A stretch of 64,000 nucleotides of DNA. Origin: an uncultured Gammaproteobacteria bacterium (GTDB lineage Bacteria > Patescibacteriota > Microgenomatia > JAMCZE01). Shown here piece after piece: positions 48,598-57,765 of the stretch. The DNA lies in assembly GCA_964641255.1 (NCBI GenBank), contig CAZXMM010000001.1, forward strand, positions 681,795 through 745,794. The letters run 5' to 3'. Position numbers and translations under genes: made by a program. Position 1 is the first letter of the stretch, and each line of letters starts with the position of its first letter. The notes beneath the pieces are model-generated. The model did no database searches. It was not told the origin of the DNA and worked only from the letters and a program-made list of their open reading frames with translations.

Positions 48598-48849
48598 ATG
48601 ACGGAAAACGAGCCAGTAGATACTGTCAAAATGCTTGAGCGCGTAGCCAAACTCGAAGAACGGGTCGATGGCGGGTTTGGCTATGTAAACAAGGAATTGA
48701 AAGAGATAAAAGAAAATCATCTCCACCAACTTCAGGCTGACGTGAGCGATCTGAAAGTAAAAGTGAGTACCTTGGCGGTGAAGATTAGTATTGCGGCTGC
48801 AATAGCGACAATAGCAGGAGACTTTGTTTTTCGCCTTATATTTAAGTAG
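48598..48849 (+). CDS. Small coiled-coil protein with C-terminal TM (spanin/holin-accessory-like)
   Basis: 83 aa, C-terminal ISIAAAIATIAGDFVF. Confidence 0.3.
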   Translation: MTENEPVDTVKMLERVAKLEERVDGGFGYVNKELKEIKENHLHQLQADVSDLKVKVSTLAVKISIAAAIATIAGDFVFRLIFK

Positions 48850-48870
48850 GGTTACTTCTTACCCTTTTTA
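48848..48870. terminator. Bidirectional intrinsic terminator candidate between convergent genes
   Basis: AGGGT-TACTTCTT-ACCCT followed by TTTTT. Overlaps the last codons of the minus-strand AbrB-like gene. Confidence 0.3.
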
Positions 48871-49127
48871 TCAGAATCTTCTTCAGATTTGTTATTGAAC
48901 ACAAGATTATTTAAGTCATCTGTAAAACCTTTAAAGGAGTTGGCATTCAAGACATGGAAATATCCGGATTCCGGATTACCGGTAAAAATCAGTGTGTCGC
49001 CGGGTTGAATGTTCTGAGCTTTACGCAATTTGGCAGGTATAACGATTTGACCGCGCGAGCTTACAGGAGCGGTCCCGAACACTGTCATTTTTGATTGTGG
49101 CTTCTTGCCTTTATTTTTCATAGTCAT
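48852..49127 (-). CDS. AbrB/SpoVT (swapped-hairpin) family DNA-binding protein
   Basis: SSRGQIVIPAKLRKAQNIQPGDTL matches the SpoVT_AbrB domain pattern. Confidence 0.55.
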   Translation of the reverse strand: MTMKNKGKKPQSKMTVFGTAPVSSRGQIVIPAKLRKAQNIQPGDTLIFTGNPESGYFHVLNANSFKGFTDDLNNLVFNNKSEEDSDKKGKK

Positions 49128-49377
49128 CTAAAACGGCAACTACTCTTCCGAGAAATTTATTCCTACAATAAAGAAAAATCTTTAATGTAGGTTACAGGTA
49201 TTATACAATATATCTTACTCGAGATCTTCGCAACATCAGAAAATGACAGAAACAACCTTGTATCCACAGGGGTAAAAGAAGTAAAATGTACTGGTGTTAG
49301 CAAGATAGTGTCATAAAAGATTTGACACCTATGTGTTCTTTAAGAGAATCAAGCTGGAGTTCCAAACTAGGCTCAAC

Positions 49378-49406
49378 AAGAGGTCTTAGGTTCGAGCAAA
49401 GTACGG
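49378..49406 (+). repeat. 29-nt direct repeat, copy A: AGGTTCGAGC-n4-TACG-n4-CCAGCTC
   Basis: 20/29 identical in blocks to copy B at 50061..50089. The two copies flank the HIT-like gene. Confidence 0.35.
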
Positions 49407-49454
49407 TGACCAGCTCCATATGACAATTAAGTACAGAAATGTACACAAAGTTAC

Positions 49455-49952
49455 TTGACAAATAAAAATATTATGGCTGAGCAAGAAATATCTTTTTACA
49501 AAAATGTCTATTCAGAAGGTTGTCCTGGTTGTAATCGCACAGAGCCACAACCCGAAGGATTGGATATTGTCTTGGAAACAGGTAATTTTAGAGTTCATCA
49601 AGATTATGCATTACCCATTCCAGGAATGATGGTTGTTGAAGTAAAAAGACACGTTAGAAGTATGACGGAGTTTACGGCTGGCGAATCAAATGAATTGGTG
49701 AGTGTTTTGATGAGGACTCGAGAGGCCATGAGAAATGCGGGTATTGAAGAGGCTACTTTAGTACAAGAAGAGCGAAGTTCTCATTTTCATGCTTGGTGGT
49801 TGCCAATATATCCTTGGATGAAAGATGCCACAGATGGAAAGATTAGGAATATTCAATTTATCTTCAATCATGCCAAAGAAAATATGGTTACGGAAAGTAG
49901 TATTAAAGAAGTCGAAGACATCACAGGGCGAATTAAACTTTCATTGACGTAA
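49455..49952 (+). CDS. HIT-like superfamily protein
   Basis: CPGC near the N-terminus, VKRHV, and SSHFHAWW resembling the HxHxHxx histidine triad region. Confidence 0.45.
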   Translation: MTNKNIMAEQEISFYKNVYSEGCPGCNRTEPQPEGLDIVLETGNFRVHQDYALPIPGMMVVEVKRHVRSMTEFTAGESNELVSVLMRTREAMRNAGIEEATLVQEERSSHFHAWWLPIYPWMKDATDGKIRNIQFIFNHAKENMVTESSIKEVEDITGRIKLSLT

Positions 49953-50060
49953 GTCTTTGAAACTTCGAATACCAAGTCGGCATTTTAACAAATTTAGTTT
50001 TAAAATAAGATCTGGAGTTATCAGACGGTATAAGTTTAGAAAAAGCCATAATGGTAATGG

Positions 50061-50089
50061 TAGGTCCGAGCTGGTTACGCTCCCCAGCT
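50061..50089 (+). repeat. 29-nt direct repeat, copy B: AGGTCCGAGC-n4-TACG-n4-CCAGCTC, with internal hairpin GAGCTGG/CCAGCTC
   Basis: See copy A. Confidence 0.35.
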
Positions 50090-50121
50090 CAAAATAGACT
50101 CGGCCCGAAGGTAAATTACTA

Positions 50122-50868
50122 ATGAATAAGAAGCAAGGAAATACATTAGTTGTTATTCTCGGAGGGTTATTGGTTGTTACCACTGTTCTGGCTGGGTATT
50201 TTTATTGGCAAACCCAACAGTTACAGCCACGCCAGACGGTGGAAATTTCACCTAAAATAGCCCCGGCACCGAGCCCAAATAGTCCAGCAGAAACTAAAGA
50301 AGCTACAGCTACTCCTAGCGTTCCAGCTAAAAACATACCCCAAGCTGAAGACTTACCCCAATTGAAAATTGCCTATGCTCCTAAGGCCGATTGGGCAACC
50401 TACACCGCAGAAGATCTCAGGCTGACTTTTCAGTACAAGATTGAGTCCAGCAGTGAATTCTCTTATCGTCAGATGGTTCAACCACGCGAATCGGGACAAA
50501 GTATTAACGTCTCAACCTGCAGTATTCCGACCACTGGACCAACAGCTGGTCAAGAGTTCTGCTTACCGTTTTATAGTTATAAACTATATGATAATTATAC
50601 TGGTGGGTCTAGACGTGTTTGGTTTAACACCTACATGAGCTCTTTAAACCATTGCCCCAGGTACTACGCTGACGTTGCTCTCGCTGGAAAAAAGGCGCTT
50701 TTGGTAACCAGTGACTGTTCCTCTTTTGGTGAAACATTCGTACTTATCCCGAGAGTACCACACATGGTAGTGTTTTCCACTTTTGGCTATATTAGAGACC
50801 CACAATCAGGCAAAATTACTTTGCCAGATTACGCATCAGAGGTACTGGCAACACTTAAATTCCTCTAG
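50122..50868 (+). CDS. Membrane-anchored secreted hypothetical protein
   Basis: N-terminal TM, Pro/Ala-rich linker, Cys-containing globular domain. Confidence 0.45.
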   Translation: MNKKQGNTLVVILGGLLVVTTVLAGYFYWQTQQLQPRQTVEISPKIAPAPSPNSPAETKEATATPSVPAKNIPQAEDLPQLKIAYAPKADWATYTAEDLRLTFQYKIESSSEFSYRQMVQPRESGQSINVSTCSIPTTGPTAGQEFCLPFYSYKLYDNYTGGSRRVWFNTYMSSLNHCPRYYADVALAGKKALLVTSDCSSFGETFVLIPRVPHMVVFSTFGYIRDPQSGKITLPDYASEVLATLKFL

Positions 50869-50916
50869 TGTTGACCACAGAGGCTACCTCTCGTATCATC
50901 CAGTAGAGGTTTTTGT

Positions 50917-51627
50917 ATGAATTCGAAAAAATTAGCTTCTAAACCCTTGCCCAAACACGTAGCTATTATCATGGACGGTAATCGGCGCTGGGCTCGGGGC
51001 AAAGGACTGCCAGAGCTACTGGGACACAAGTACGGTGCCGATGCCCTAGAAAAGGTCATCGAGGCCGCCGCCCAGATGGGGCTTAAAACTTTGACTGTCT
51101 TTGCTCTCTCCACCGAAAACATCGTCGAACGCACCCCGGAAGAAATAGCGGCCCTCTTTAAGCTCCTGGATTCGCTTTTTTACGAGCGGTCTAAAGAGCT
51201 CTCGGAAAAAGGCGTCAGAGTCCAAGTTTTAGGAGAAAGAGTGGGACTACCCAGTAATATCACCGAGATCATCGACCGCATCCATGCTATTACTGTCAAG
51301 AAAGAAGTGATCCATGTTAATGTCTGTCTAAATTACGGCGGCAGAGCGGAAATCTTAAGAGCGGTAAAAAATCTTCTCCAGCAGGGGATAAGGGCGGATA
51401 AAGTCACGGAGGAAGTGTTCTCAAGGAATCTTTTTACAGCCGGCCAGGCGGACCCAGATCTGATGATTAGAACCGGGGGACGAAACAGGCTGTCCAACTA
51501 TCTGCTCTGGCAAACCTCTTACGCCGAGGTGTTTTTTACTCCTACCCTCTGGCCTGATTTTGACGGCCGGGGACTCAAGGAGGCTATTACCTGGTTTCAA
51601 AATCAAACCAGAAACTTCGGGAAATAA
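50917..51627 (+). CDS. uppS: Undecaprenyl-diphosphate synthase (cis-isoprenyl transferase)
   Basis: HVAIIMDGNRRWAR, FALSTENIVERTPEE, LMIRTGGRNRLSNYLLWQTSYAE. Confidence 0.9.
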   Translation: MNSKKLASKPLPKHVAIIMDGNRRWARGKGLPELLGHKYGADALEKVIEAAAQMGLKTLTVFALSTENIVERTPEEIAALFKLLDSLFYERSKELSEKGVRVQVLGERVGLPSNITEIIDRIHAITVKKEVIHVNVCLNYGGRAEILRAVKNLLQQGIRADKVTEEVFSRNLFTAGQADPDLMIRTGGRNRLSNYLLWQTSYAEVFFTPTLWPDFDGRGLKEAITWFQNQTRNFGK

Positions 51628-51677
51628 GTTCCCTGGGGACAGGAGAGGTAAATTTGTTAAAATAGCTCTAGAGTTTA

Positions 51678-51751
51678 GCTCCCGTAGCTCAACTGGATAG
51701 AGCAAGTCGGTTCTAACGATTAGGTTCCGTGTTCGAGTCACGGCGGGAGCA
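51678..51751 (+). tRNA. tRNA-Arg (anticodon TCT)
   Basis: Hand-folded: acceptor GCTCCCG/CGGGAGC, D-arm GCTC..GAGC, anticodon stem AGTCG/CGATT (one G-U), loop GTTCTAA, T-arm CCGTG-TTCGAGT-CACGG. Position 32 is G, which is unusual. No encoded CCA. Confidence 0.65.
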
Positions 51752-51756
51752 CCTCA

Positions 51757-52001
51757 TGTGGACAGTCTATATCCTTGAGTGTGCCGACCACTCTCTTTAT
51801 ACCGGCATTGCCCTTGACCCCGTTAAACGCCTGGCTGCTCACAATCAGGGTAGGGGAGCCAAGTATGTCCGTAGTAAACTGCCAGTTAGATTGTTGTATC
51901 AAGAAATTTGCTTAACCAAAAGCTCGGCCCTAAGACGTGAGGCCGTGATTAAACAGCTATCTCGAAGTAGTAAACTAGCTTTAATCACCACACAAACCTA
52001 A
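51757..52001 (+). CDS. GIY-YIG nuclease-superfamily small protein (UPF0213-like)
   Basis: WTVYILECADHSLYTGIALDPVKRLAAHNQG. Start set at ATG 51757 just after the tRNA. Confidence 0.7.
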
Positions 52002-52032
52002 GCGTAGATACTTGTTATAATGTGCTATCCAT

Positions 52033-52105
52033 GGTGGCTGTAGCTCAGTGGTAGAGCGTTAGATTGTGGATCTAAAAGTCGCGGGTTCGATCCCCGTCAG
52101 CCACC
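52033..52105 (+). tRNA. tRNA-His (anticodon GTG) with encoded G-1
   Basis: G-1 pairs with C73. Acceptor GTGGCTG/CAGCCAC, D-arm GCTC-AGTGGTA-GAGC, anticodon stem TTAGA/TCTAA, loop TTGTGGA, T-loop TTCGATC. Confidence 0.75.
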
Positions 52106-52180
52106 CTATAGTATTTTATGGGCACTGGGGGCTAGGTTCATCAATTGTACATCCAACCCGCCCAATGAATTTTTGTCCTT

Positions 52181-52960
52181 ATGGCCTACTTTAAATCACA
52201 TGCAGGGCAGGTTTATTTCGACGAAGCAGGTCAAGGGGAGACCATAGTTTTTGTCCACGGCAGAACACTTGATTCTCGCATGTGGCAACCCCAAGTCGAT
52301 TATTTCAAATCAAAGTTTAGATGTATCATATATGATCTCAATGGATTTGGCAGGTCTGAGGTTCCCAAAGATGAGTACGACCCATCGAGAACATTAAAGG
52401 AATTGATTGATCATGTGAGCCTTAAGAAAACTTTTATTGTGGGGCTATCATTAGGAACATATTTTGCTATAAATTTCGCTCTGGATTATCCAGAATATAT
52501 CAAAAAATTAGTACTTATGTCCGGCGCCGTTCCCGGGACTACATTTAAATTCGAATTTAAGAAGGAATGGCAACGGGTCGCCGATGCTGGTCAAGCAGGC
52601 AACTTCGATTTAGCAAAAAACCTATGGTTGTCCGGAACTGCTTTTAAAACCCTTCCTACTAACAATCTCGAGAACTATAAATTATTTAAATTAATGGTTG
52701 ATGAGTATACGTGCTGGGACCTCAATAATCCGCCGACACAAAGGTCGAGAAAGAATGATGTCAGCAACCTTAAAAAAATTACGGCGCCGACTTTAGTCAT
52801 TTCTGGCAAAAAAGATGCAACTGACTTTGTGAACAATGGCAGGCTGCTAAAAACGTATTTACCAAATGCTAGGTTAGTGGAGATTGAGGATGCTGGTCAC
52901 ATGGTTAACCTAGAATTTCCTGATAAAGTTAACCACGTGGTTGATGAATTCCTAACCTAA
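52181..52960 (+). CDS. Alpha/beta-hydrolase fold protein
   Basis: VFVHGRT, GLSLGT (GxSxG), EDAGHM. Confidence 0.7.
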   Translation: MAYFKSHAGQVYFDEAGQGETIVFVHGRTLDSRMWQPQVDYFKSKFRCIIYDLNGFGRSEVPKDEYDPSRTLKELIDHVSLKKTFIVGLSLGTYFAINFALDYPEYIKKLVLMSGAVPGTTFKFEFKKEWQRVADAGQAGNFDLAKNLWLSGTAFKTLPTNNLENYKLFKLMVDEYTCWDLNNPPTQRSRKNDVSNLKKITAPTLVISGKKDATDFVNNGRLLKTYLPNARLVEIEDAGHMVNLEFPDKVNHVVDEFLT

Positions 52961-53071
52961 GTGTCCTGGACAATCCCACCCCATTCTTGTCTCTCGCCAC
53001 TACACTTGTGCGTAAATCGTCCAACCGGCCACCCTTACAATCCCATAGTTAGTTGACTCTATTAACTTTTC

Positions 53072-53412
53072 GTGCTTAAATACAGCATGGTTGAGGTGTC
53101 CACAGCTATCGATACGCTCAGTTATACAATGCCAATATTGGGGTTACTTCTTTTGGGAGTTACCAGGGCGGTGAGACGGGAAATAATTGCAAGACAACGT
53201 GGAACCTGTTTTGATTGTTATGTTGAGGCTGGAAATCAACTTGAGATTCACCATATCATCCCACAGTCAGCTGGGGGGGGAACGGTCATAATCTTTCTAA
53301 CCTTATAGCACTTTGTGGCTCAAAATATCGGGACTGCCATGAAAGGTGGGATTTAGCAGCTCAAAAAGGGGTTTTTCCGGATGGAACTCCTTTACCGCGT
53401 AGGAGCGGGTAG
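53072..53412 (+). pseudogene. HNH endonuclease disrupted by a -1 frameshift in a G8 homopolymer
   Basis: Upstream frame RGTCFDCYVEAGNQLEIHHIIPQSAGG. After the G8 tract at 53273..53280, the next frame reads NGHNLSNLIALCGSKYRDCHERWD, completing the HNH motif. Confidence 0.55.
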
Positions 53413-53472
53413 CATTCAGTAATTATGTACTCGGTCATCAGGGATTTATAGTCGAAATAACTAGTAAGTAGA

Positions 53473-54369
53473 CTACGAATAAAGTTTACTGAAAAAATTG
53501 GCTACCTCGACTGAGACTCGGTCTTCTGCTCCAAAATAGGTATGTCCTGATCCTGGAATAATTACCGTTTCGCAGTCTTTAAGATACTTTTTTAGCGTGG
53601 CCATATTTCCTTCAACACTCGTACCAAATTGCGAATAGGCAATAAAGGGGTCGTTCTCGCCGATAATTACTTTAACGGGCACCAAAATCTGCGAAAGAAT
53701 GGGGAAATTATAGTCCGGCCGATAAAAATCAAAAACACAACTTAGGTCACTCTGCTCATACCAGGAATAAAATGTTTCATAACTCATGGCGAAGTCTTCC
53801 CACTCGGGAACTGGCACTATCTCTCGGCCCTTTCCTTCCTCAACCTTTTTCTGGGCAATTGTTAGAAATTCTTTCCACTTACGGGGAGCTTTGGCCTCAA
53901 TAAAAGCATTCTTATCAAAAGGGGCTAGGAGTACTAATTTAGAAACTCTGTCTTTATATTTACCCTCAAACAGATATCTGACAGCTTTAATTGTTCCCAG
54001 TGAATGACCAATAAGGGCTATGTCCTTATAGCCGTCTTGTAAAAGAAAGTCGATAAAGCAACTAAGGTCTAAGTGGGCATCGTCTAATTTCTCATAGTAG
54101 GAACCCAAAAAAATCCCCTCTCCGTCAGTCTTCAAAAATTCAGTCACCACACCGGTCCCCCTGGTTTGAGCAAGAATAACGGCGTTTCCCTTATCCCTAA
54201 GAGCGGTTGTTACCTGGTGGTAGAAATCGTGCGAGTAGAAGTCGGTGGTAAAGCCATGGATGAAAATTGAGGCTGTTTTAGACTTGTCACCAGGAGCGAA
54301 CAGCCCGGTCAATTTTAACCCATCAGAGGTGAACCTCTGGATTAAGTTATATGAATTAGTTGTTTGCAC
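53473..54369 (-). CDS. Alpha/beta-hydrolase fold protein
   Basis: IHGFTTD, GHSLGT nucleophile elbow. Confidence 0.6.
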   Translation of the reverse strand: MQTTNSYNLIQRFTSDGLKLTGLFAPGDKSKTASIFIHGFTTDFYSHDFYHQVTTALRDKGNAVILAQTRGTGVVTEFLKTDGEGIFLGSYYEKLDDAHLDLSCFIDFLLQDGYKDIALIGHSLGTIKAVRYLFEGKYKDRVSKLVLLAPFDKNAFIEAKAPRKWKEFLTIAQKKVEEGKGREIVPVPEWEDFAMSYETFYSWYEQSDLSCVFDFYRPDYNFPILSQILVPVKVIIGENDPFIAYSQFGTSVEGNMATLKKYLKDCETVIIPGSGHTYFGAEDRVSVEVANFFSKLYS

Positions 54370-54450
54370 TCTAGGGAATTATAAGCCCGCAGCGTAATTT
54401 AGAAAAGGGCACTTAGCCGCTAGCCCTCAAATTGCTGCTATAATAGTGGT

Positions 54451-55992
54451 ATGGCTCAAGCACCCCTGAAGATTTTGTTTGTTTCGGCTGAAGTGGCGCC
54501 GTTTTCCTCAGTCGGGGGATTGTCCCAAGTCTCCTATTTTTTACCTAGAGCCCTGCTAAGACTGGGGCTAGACGTGCGAATTTTTACTCCCAAATACGGC
54601 ACCATTGACGAGGGTAAATTCCCGATGAAAATGGTTAAAGAGGGGCTACTGGTCCCAACTGGAGAGAAGGAAGCCACTCAGTACCCCAGCGAGTTAGTCT
54701 GTAATGTCAAAATATTTGGCGAGGTAAAAAAATCCGAACCTACCGTCTATTTTCTTGAGAACATGGAATACTATGAAAAGCGGGCCAATGTCTACCGCTA
54801 CGCCGACGACCACATCCGCTTTGGGCTGCTATCCAGAGGGGCACTCGAATTTATGAAACAGGACTACTTTGTCCCCGACGTGGTTCACGCCAACGACTGG
54901 CACACCGGCTATCTGCTCAATTATTTACGTCAGGCTTACGGACAGAGCTCAGAACTAAAACGGATTGCGGCTCTTTTTTCTATCCATAATCTGTACCAGG
55001 GTAATTTTGATTTTGAACACGCTTCAGAAATGGACTTTGACGATGGAAAGAGCAGCTTAGCGCCCTTTTTCTCTGACCGCTTTTTAAAACAAAATCCCCT
55101 CAAAAGGGGAGTGATTAATGCGGATCTCGTCAATACGGTGTCAGAAACTTACGCCCGGGAAATTATGACCGATGAATACGGTCGGGGACTGCAAAGACTC
55201 TTCAAAGAGCTTCGAGGTAAGTTTTATGGCGTCCTAAACGGCCTGGATTACACCGATTTTAATCCCGCGACAGATAAAATCATCAAAAAGAATTTTAATC
55301 AAAATTCCATTTCGGCTCGCAGCGAGAATAAGGCCGATTTGCAACGAGAGTTTGGCCTTAAACTTGAACCCCGAACCCCACTGCTAGCTTACTGGGGCCG
55401 GATGGACTGGCAAAAGGGGATTGACCTGATGATGGATACTTTTGGCTTTATCCTCTCTGAAATGGATATTCAGCTAATTGTGATGGGAGAACCCAGCGAC
55501 GACAAATACCGTGCTTACTTTACGGAGCTAGAGAAAAAATATCCTGGTAAAGTAGGTGCCCACCTGATGGCCAATTTTACTTTGCCTAGGCGCTTAGCCT
55601 CAGGAGCGGATATGTTTATTCTCCCCAGCCGCTACGAGCCAGGAGGGATAGTAGCCATGGAAGCTATGCGCTACGGCTGCGTTCCAGTGGTGCGGGAAAC
55701 AGGTGGACTAGGTGATATTGTCTCTGACTATAATCCCGGAAAAAACACTGGCACTGGTTTTACCTTTAAATCATTTGCCAAGGAGAATTTTTTGGTGGCA
55801 ATTGTGCGAGCACTGGAAACTTACCGTAATGAGGATGCTTGGCGCCGGATTATCAGACGCGGCATGGATCAAGATTATTCCTGGGGCAGCGTCGCCAAAA
55901 AATATCTTGACCTCTATAACCGAGTGGTAGAGTTTAGAAAAGAAGCCCTCCTGGAAAACCCTCCTGAAGCTTTCAAACAAACGGTGAGCTAG
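54451..55992 (+). CDS. glgA: Glycogen/starch synthase (GT5)
   Basis: N-terminal KILFVSAEVAPFSSVGGLSQV signature, C-terminal EPGGIVAMEAMRYG. Confidence 0.8.
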   Translation: MAQAPLKILFVSAEVAPFSSVGGLSQVSYFLPRALLRLGLDVRIFTPKYGTIDEGKFPMKMVKEGLLVPTGEKEATQYPSELVCNVKIFGEVKKSEPTVYFLENMEYYEKRANVYRYADDHIRFGLLSRGALEFMKQDYFVPDVVHANDWHTGYLLNYLRQAYGQSSELKRIAALFSIHNLYQGNFDFEHASEMDFDDGKSSLAPFFSDRFLKQNPLKRGVINADLVNTVSETYAREIMTDEYGRGLQRLFKELRGKFYGVLNGLDYTDFNPATDKIIKKNFNQNSISARSENKADLQREFGLKLEPRTPLLAYWGRMDWQKGIDLMMDTFGFILSEMDIQLIVMGEPSDDKYRAYFTELEKKYPGKVGAHLMANFTLPRRLASGADMFILPSRYEPGGIVAMEAMRYGCVPVVRETGGLGDIVSDYNPGKNTGTGFTFKSFAKENFLVAIVRALETYRNEDAWRRIIRRGMDQDYSWGSVAKKYLDLYNRVVEFRKEALLENPPEAFKQTVS

Positions 55993-55996
55993 TTGG

Positions 55997-56707
55997 CTAA
56001 CGTTTCTTGGGGTCATAACCCAGTTCTTCCTGGGCATTTTGTAAACTTAAAAAACGTCCGGGATTATCAGACACCGCAAAATAGATACCAAAACTAACCT
56101 TGGCCGTCAAACTTTTTTGGGTAAGGCTAACTAAGTCCTCCTCGTACAGCTCGATTTTATCAAGACTGGGATCTCTTTGAGTGTTGCCGGTAGTGTGTCC
56201 GATACGCAAATTGATGGAGGCTATTCCATGCAGATCGCTATACAGCCGCCCAATTTCTTCCCCCACCACTTTTGATAAAGCATAGAAGCCATCGGGTCGA
56301 GTCGGCTCAGCAGTGGTTATTTCCACTTTCCCCGTAATGCCAGCTGGATAACCCGGATAGCTGCCAATCACGTGAGTGGAGCTGGCGAAAATTACCTTGG
56401 GTACTTTAAAAATTCGCGCGCATTCATAAATATTGGCGGTACCATCAATATTGTGCCTAGATACTAGTTCCCAAGAGGCAAAGGGATAGGGGTCAGCGCC
56501 AAAGTGGACAATAGCATCAAGTTTGGGAAGTTTAGCAAAAGCCCCTTTTAAAGCATTAAAGTCAGACAGATCTACTGCCTGGTGGTGGCCACTCAACGCC
56601 TCACTCTTAACGTCAAAGTTCCAAACAGAGTAGTGGGGCATAAGCCCCCTAATAAGCATTTGTCCCAGTTGCCCGGAACCACCGGTGATAAGTAAATTGG
56701 ATGTCAC
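55997..56707 (-). CDS. NAD-dependent epimerase/dehydratase family protein
   Basis: LLITGGSGQLGQ Rossmann motif, YALSK. Confidence 0.7.
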   Translation of the reverse strand: MTSNLLITGGSGQLGQMLIRGLMPHYSVWNFDVKSEALSGHHQAVDLSDFNALKGAFAKLPKLDAIVHFGADPYPFASWELVSRHNIDGTANIYECARIFKVPKVIFASSTHVIGSYPGYPAGITGKVEITTAEPTRPDGFYALSKVVGEEIGRLYSDLHGIASINLRIGHTTGNTQRDPSLDKIELYEEDLVSLTQKSLTAKVSFGIYFAVSDNPGRFLSLQNAQEELGYDPKKR

Positions 56708-57765
56708 TAGAGCAGTGTTTGATAAAAGTCTACATAATTTTTGGCCATGATTTCGTTACTGAAGCGACTGACTACATCGTCACGGCAATCCTGTCTAAAA
56801 AGTGAAGAAGCTTTGGCAACCGCGTCTATTAGTCCGTCTTCGTCTTCAGCTAGAAACCCAGTTTGGCCGTTTTTAACAATTTCTGGCAACGCGCCCTGTT
56901 TTAGGGCAATTACAGGCGTGCCACAAGCCAGGGATTCTATAGCTACTAAGCCAAAGGGCTCGGACCAACGGACCGGCATAAGAGTAGCTTTGGCCTGGGC
57001 GTACTTTTTGATTAACTCGGCCTTAGTTAGTGCACCGGCGTAAGTGATCTGGTCGGATAAAAATGGGGCGATAGTCTTATCAAAAAAAGCCTGATGCTCC
57101 GGGTAGATCGTGCCACAAATAATCAGAGGTAACTTACTCTTGAGAGCTACCTGGACGGCCGTGTCGACTCCTTTTTCTGGCATGATCCGGCCCGAATAAA
57201 GTAGGTAGTCCCCACTACTCTTAGTAAAGGGATATTTGCTCAAATCAAGGCCGTGATAAATCGTTTCTTGCCAACTAAGTCCTGGACAGGTAGCTCTTTG
57301 GGCGTTTGAGATCGAGATAAAGTGGAGATTAGTAAACTGATTAAACTCGGAAAGAATCGCAAAGGCACTATCGGTTAGGGGGTCATGGACAGTAATCACT
57401 ACCGGCAGCGAAACTTTTAAAGCCGCCGGACTAACTATAGACAAAGGACGGGTGTGTGACTGAAAGATATCAAAATGCTGATCCTGCGCCAAATTAAGGG
57501 CTTTGACTAACATAATATTTTCATACTGATAACTTGAGCCCGGGTGCGGATATCGCTTGTAGACTGTGGGGTCTGAGAAGGGGAGCATCCCAAATGATTC
57601 TAGTTTAGCTGTAGTCTTGGTTCCCTCGGGGGCAAAAAAAGTGACATCGTGTCCCAGGGCAGTAAGAGCCTCAGCCTGATTGGCCGCGACTTCCATGTTG
57701 GCATAAATCTGGCCACTGGGAAGGGGGTAAGCAAGATTATTAGTACAGTAAATTCCTATTTTCAT
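56707..57765 (-). CDS. Glycosyltransferase family 4
   Basis: EPFGLVAIESLACGTPVIA. Confidence 0.75.
   Translation of the reverse strand: MKIGIYCTNNLAYPLPSGQIYANMEVAANQAEALTALGHDVTFFAPEGTKTTAKLESFGMLPFSDPTVYKRYPHPGSSYQYENIMLVKALNLAQDQHFDIFQSHTRPLSIVSPAALKVSLPVVITVHDPLTDSAFAILSEFNQFTNLHFISISNAQRATCPGLSWQETIYHGLDLSKYPFTKSSGDYLLYSGRIMPEKGVDTAVQVALKSKLPLIICGTIYPEHQAFFDKTIAPFLSDQITYAGALTKAELIKKYAQAKATLMPVRWSEPFGLVAIESLACGTPVIALKQGALPEIVKNGQTGFLAEDEDGLIDAVAKASSLFRQDCRDDVVSRFSNEIMAKNYVDFYQTLL

Noticed and set aside
49330-49410. tRNA-like GGTTCGAGC T-arm sequence near the phage end (possible att or tRNA remnant)
   Set aside because: No acceptor or anticodon stems could be folded around it. Kept only as a direct-repeat observation.
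51421-51741. 106-aa minus ORF
   Set aside because: Overlaps the uppS 3' end and the tRNA-Arg gene. Spurious.
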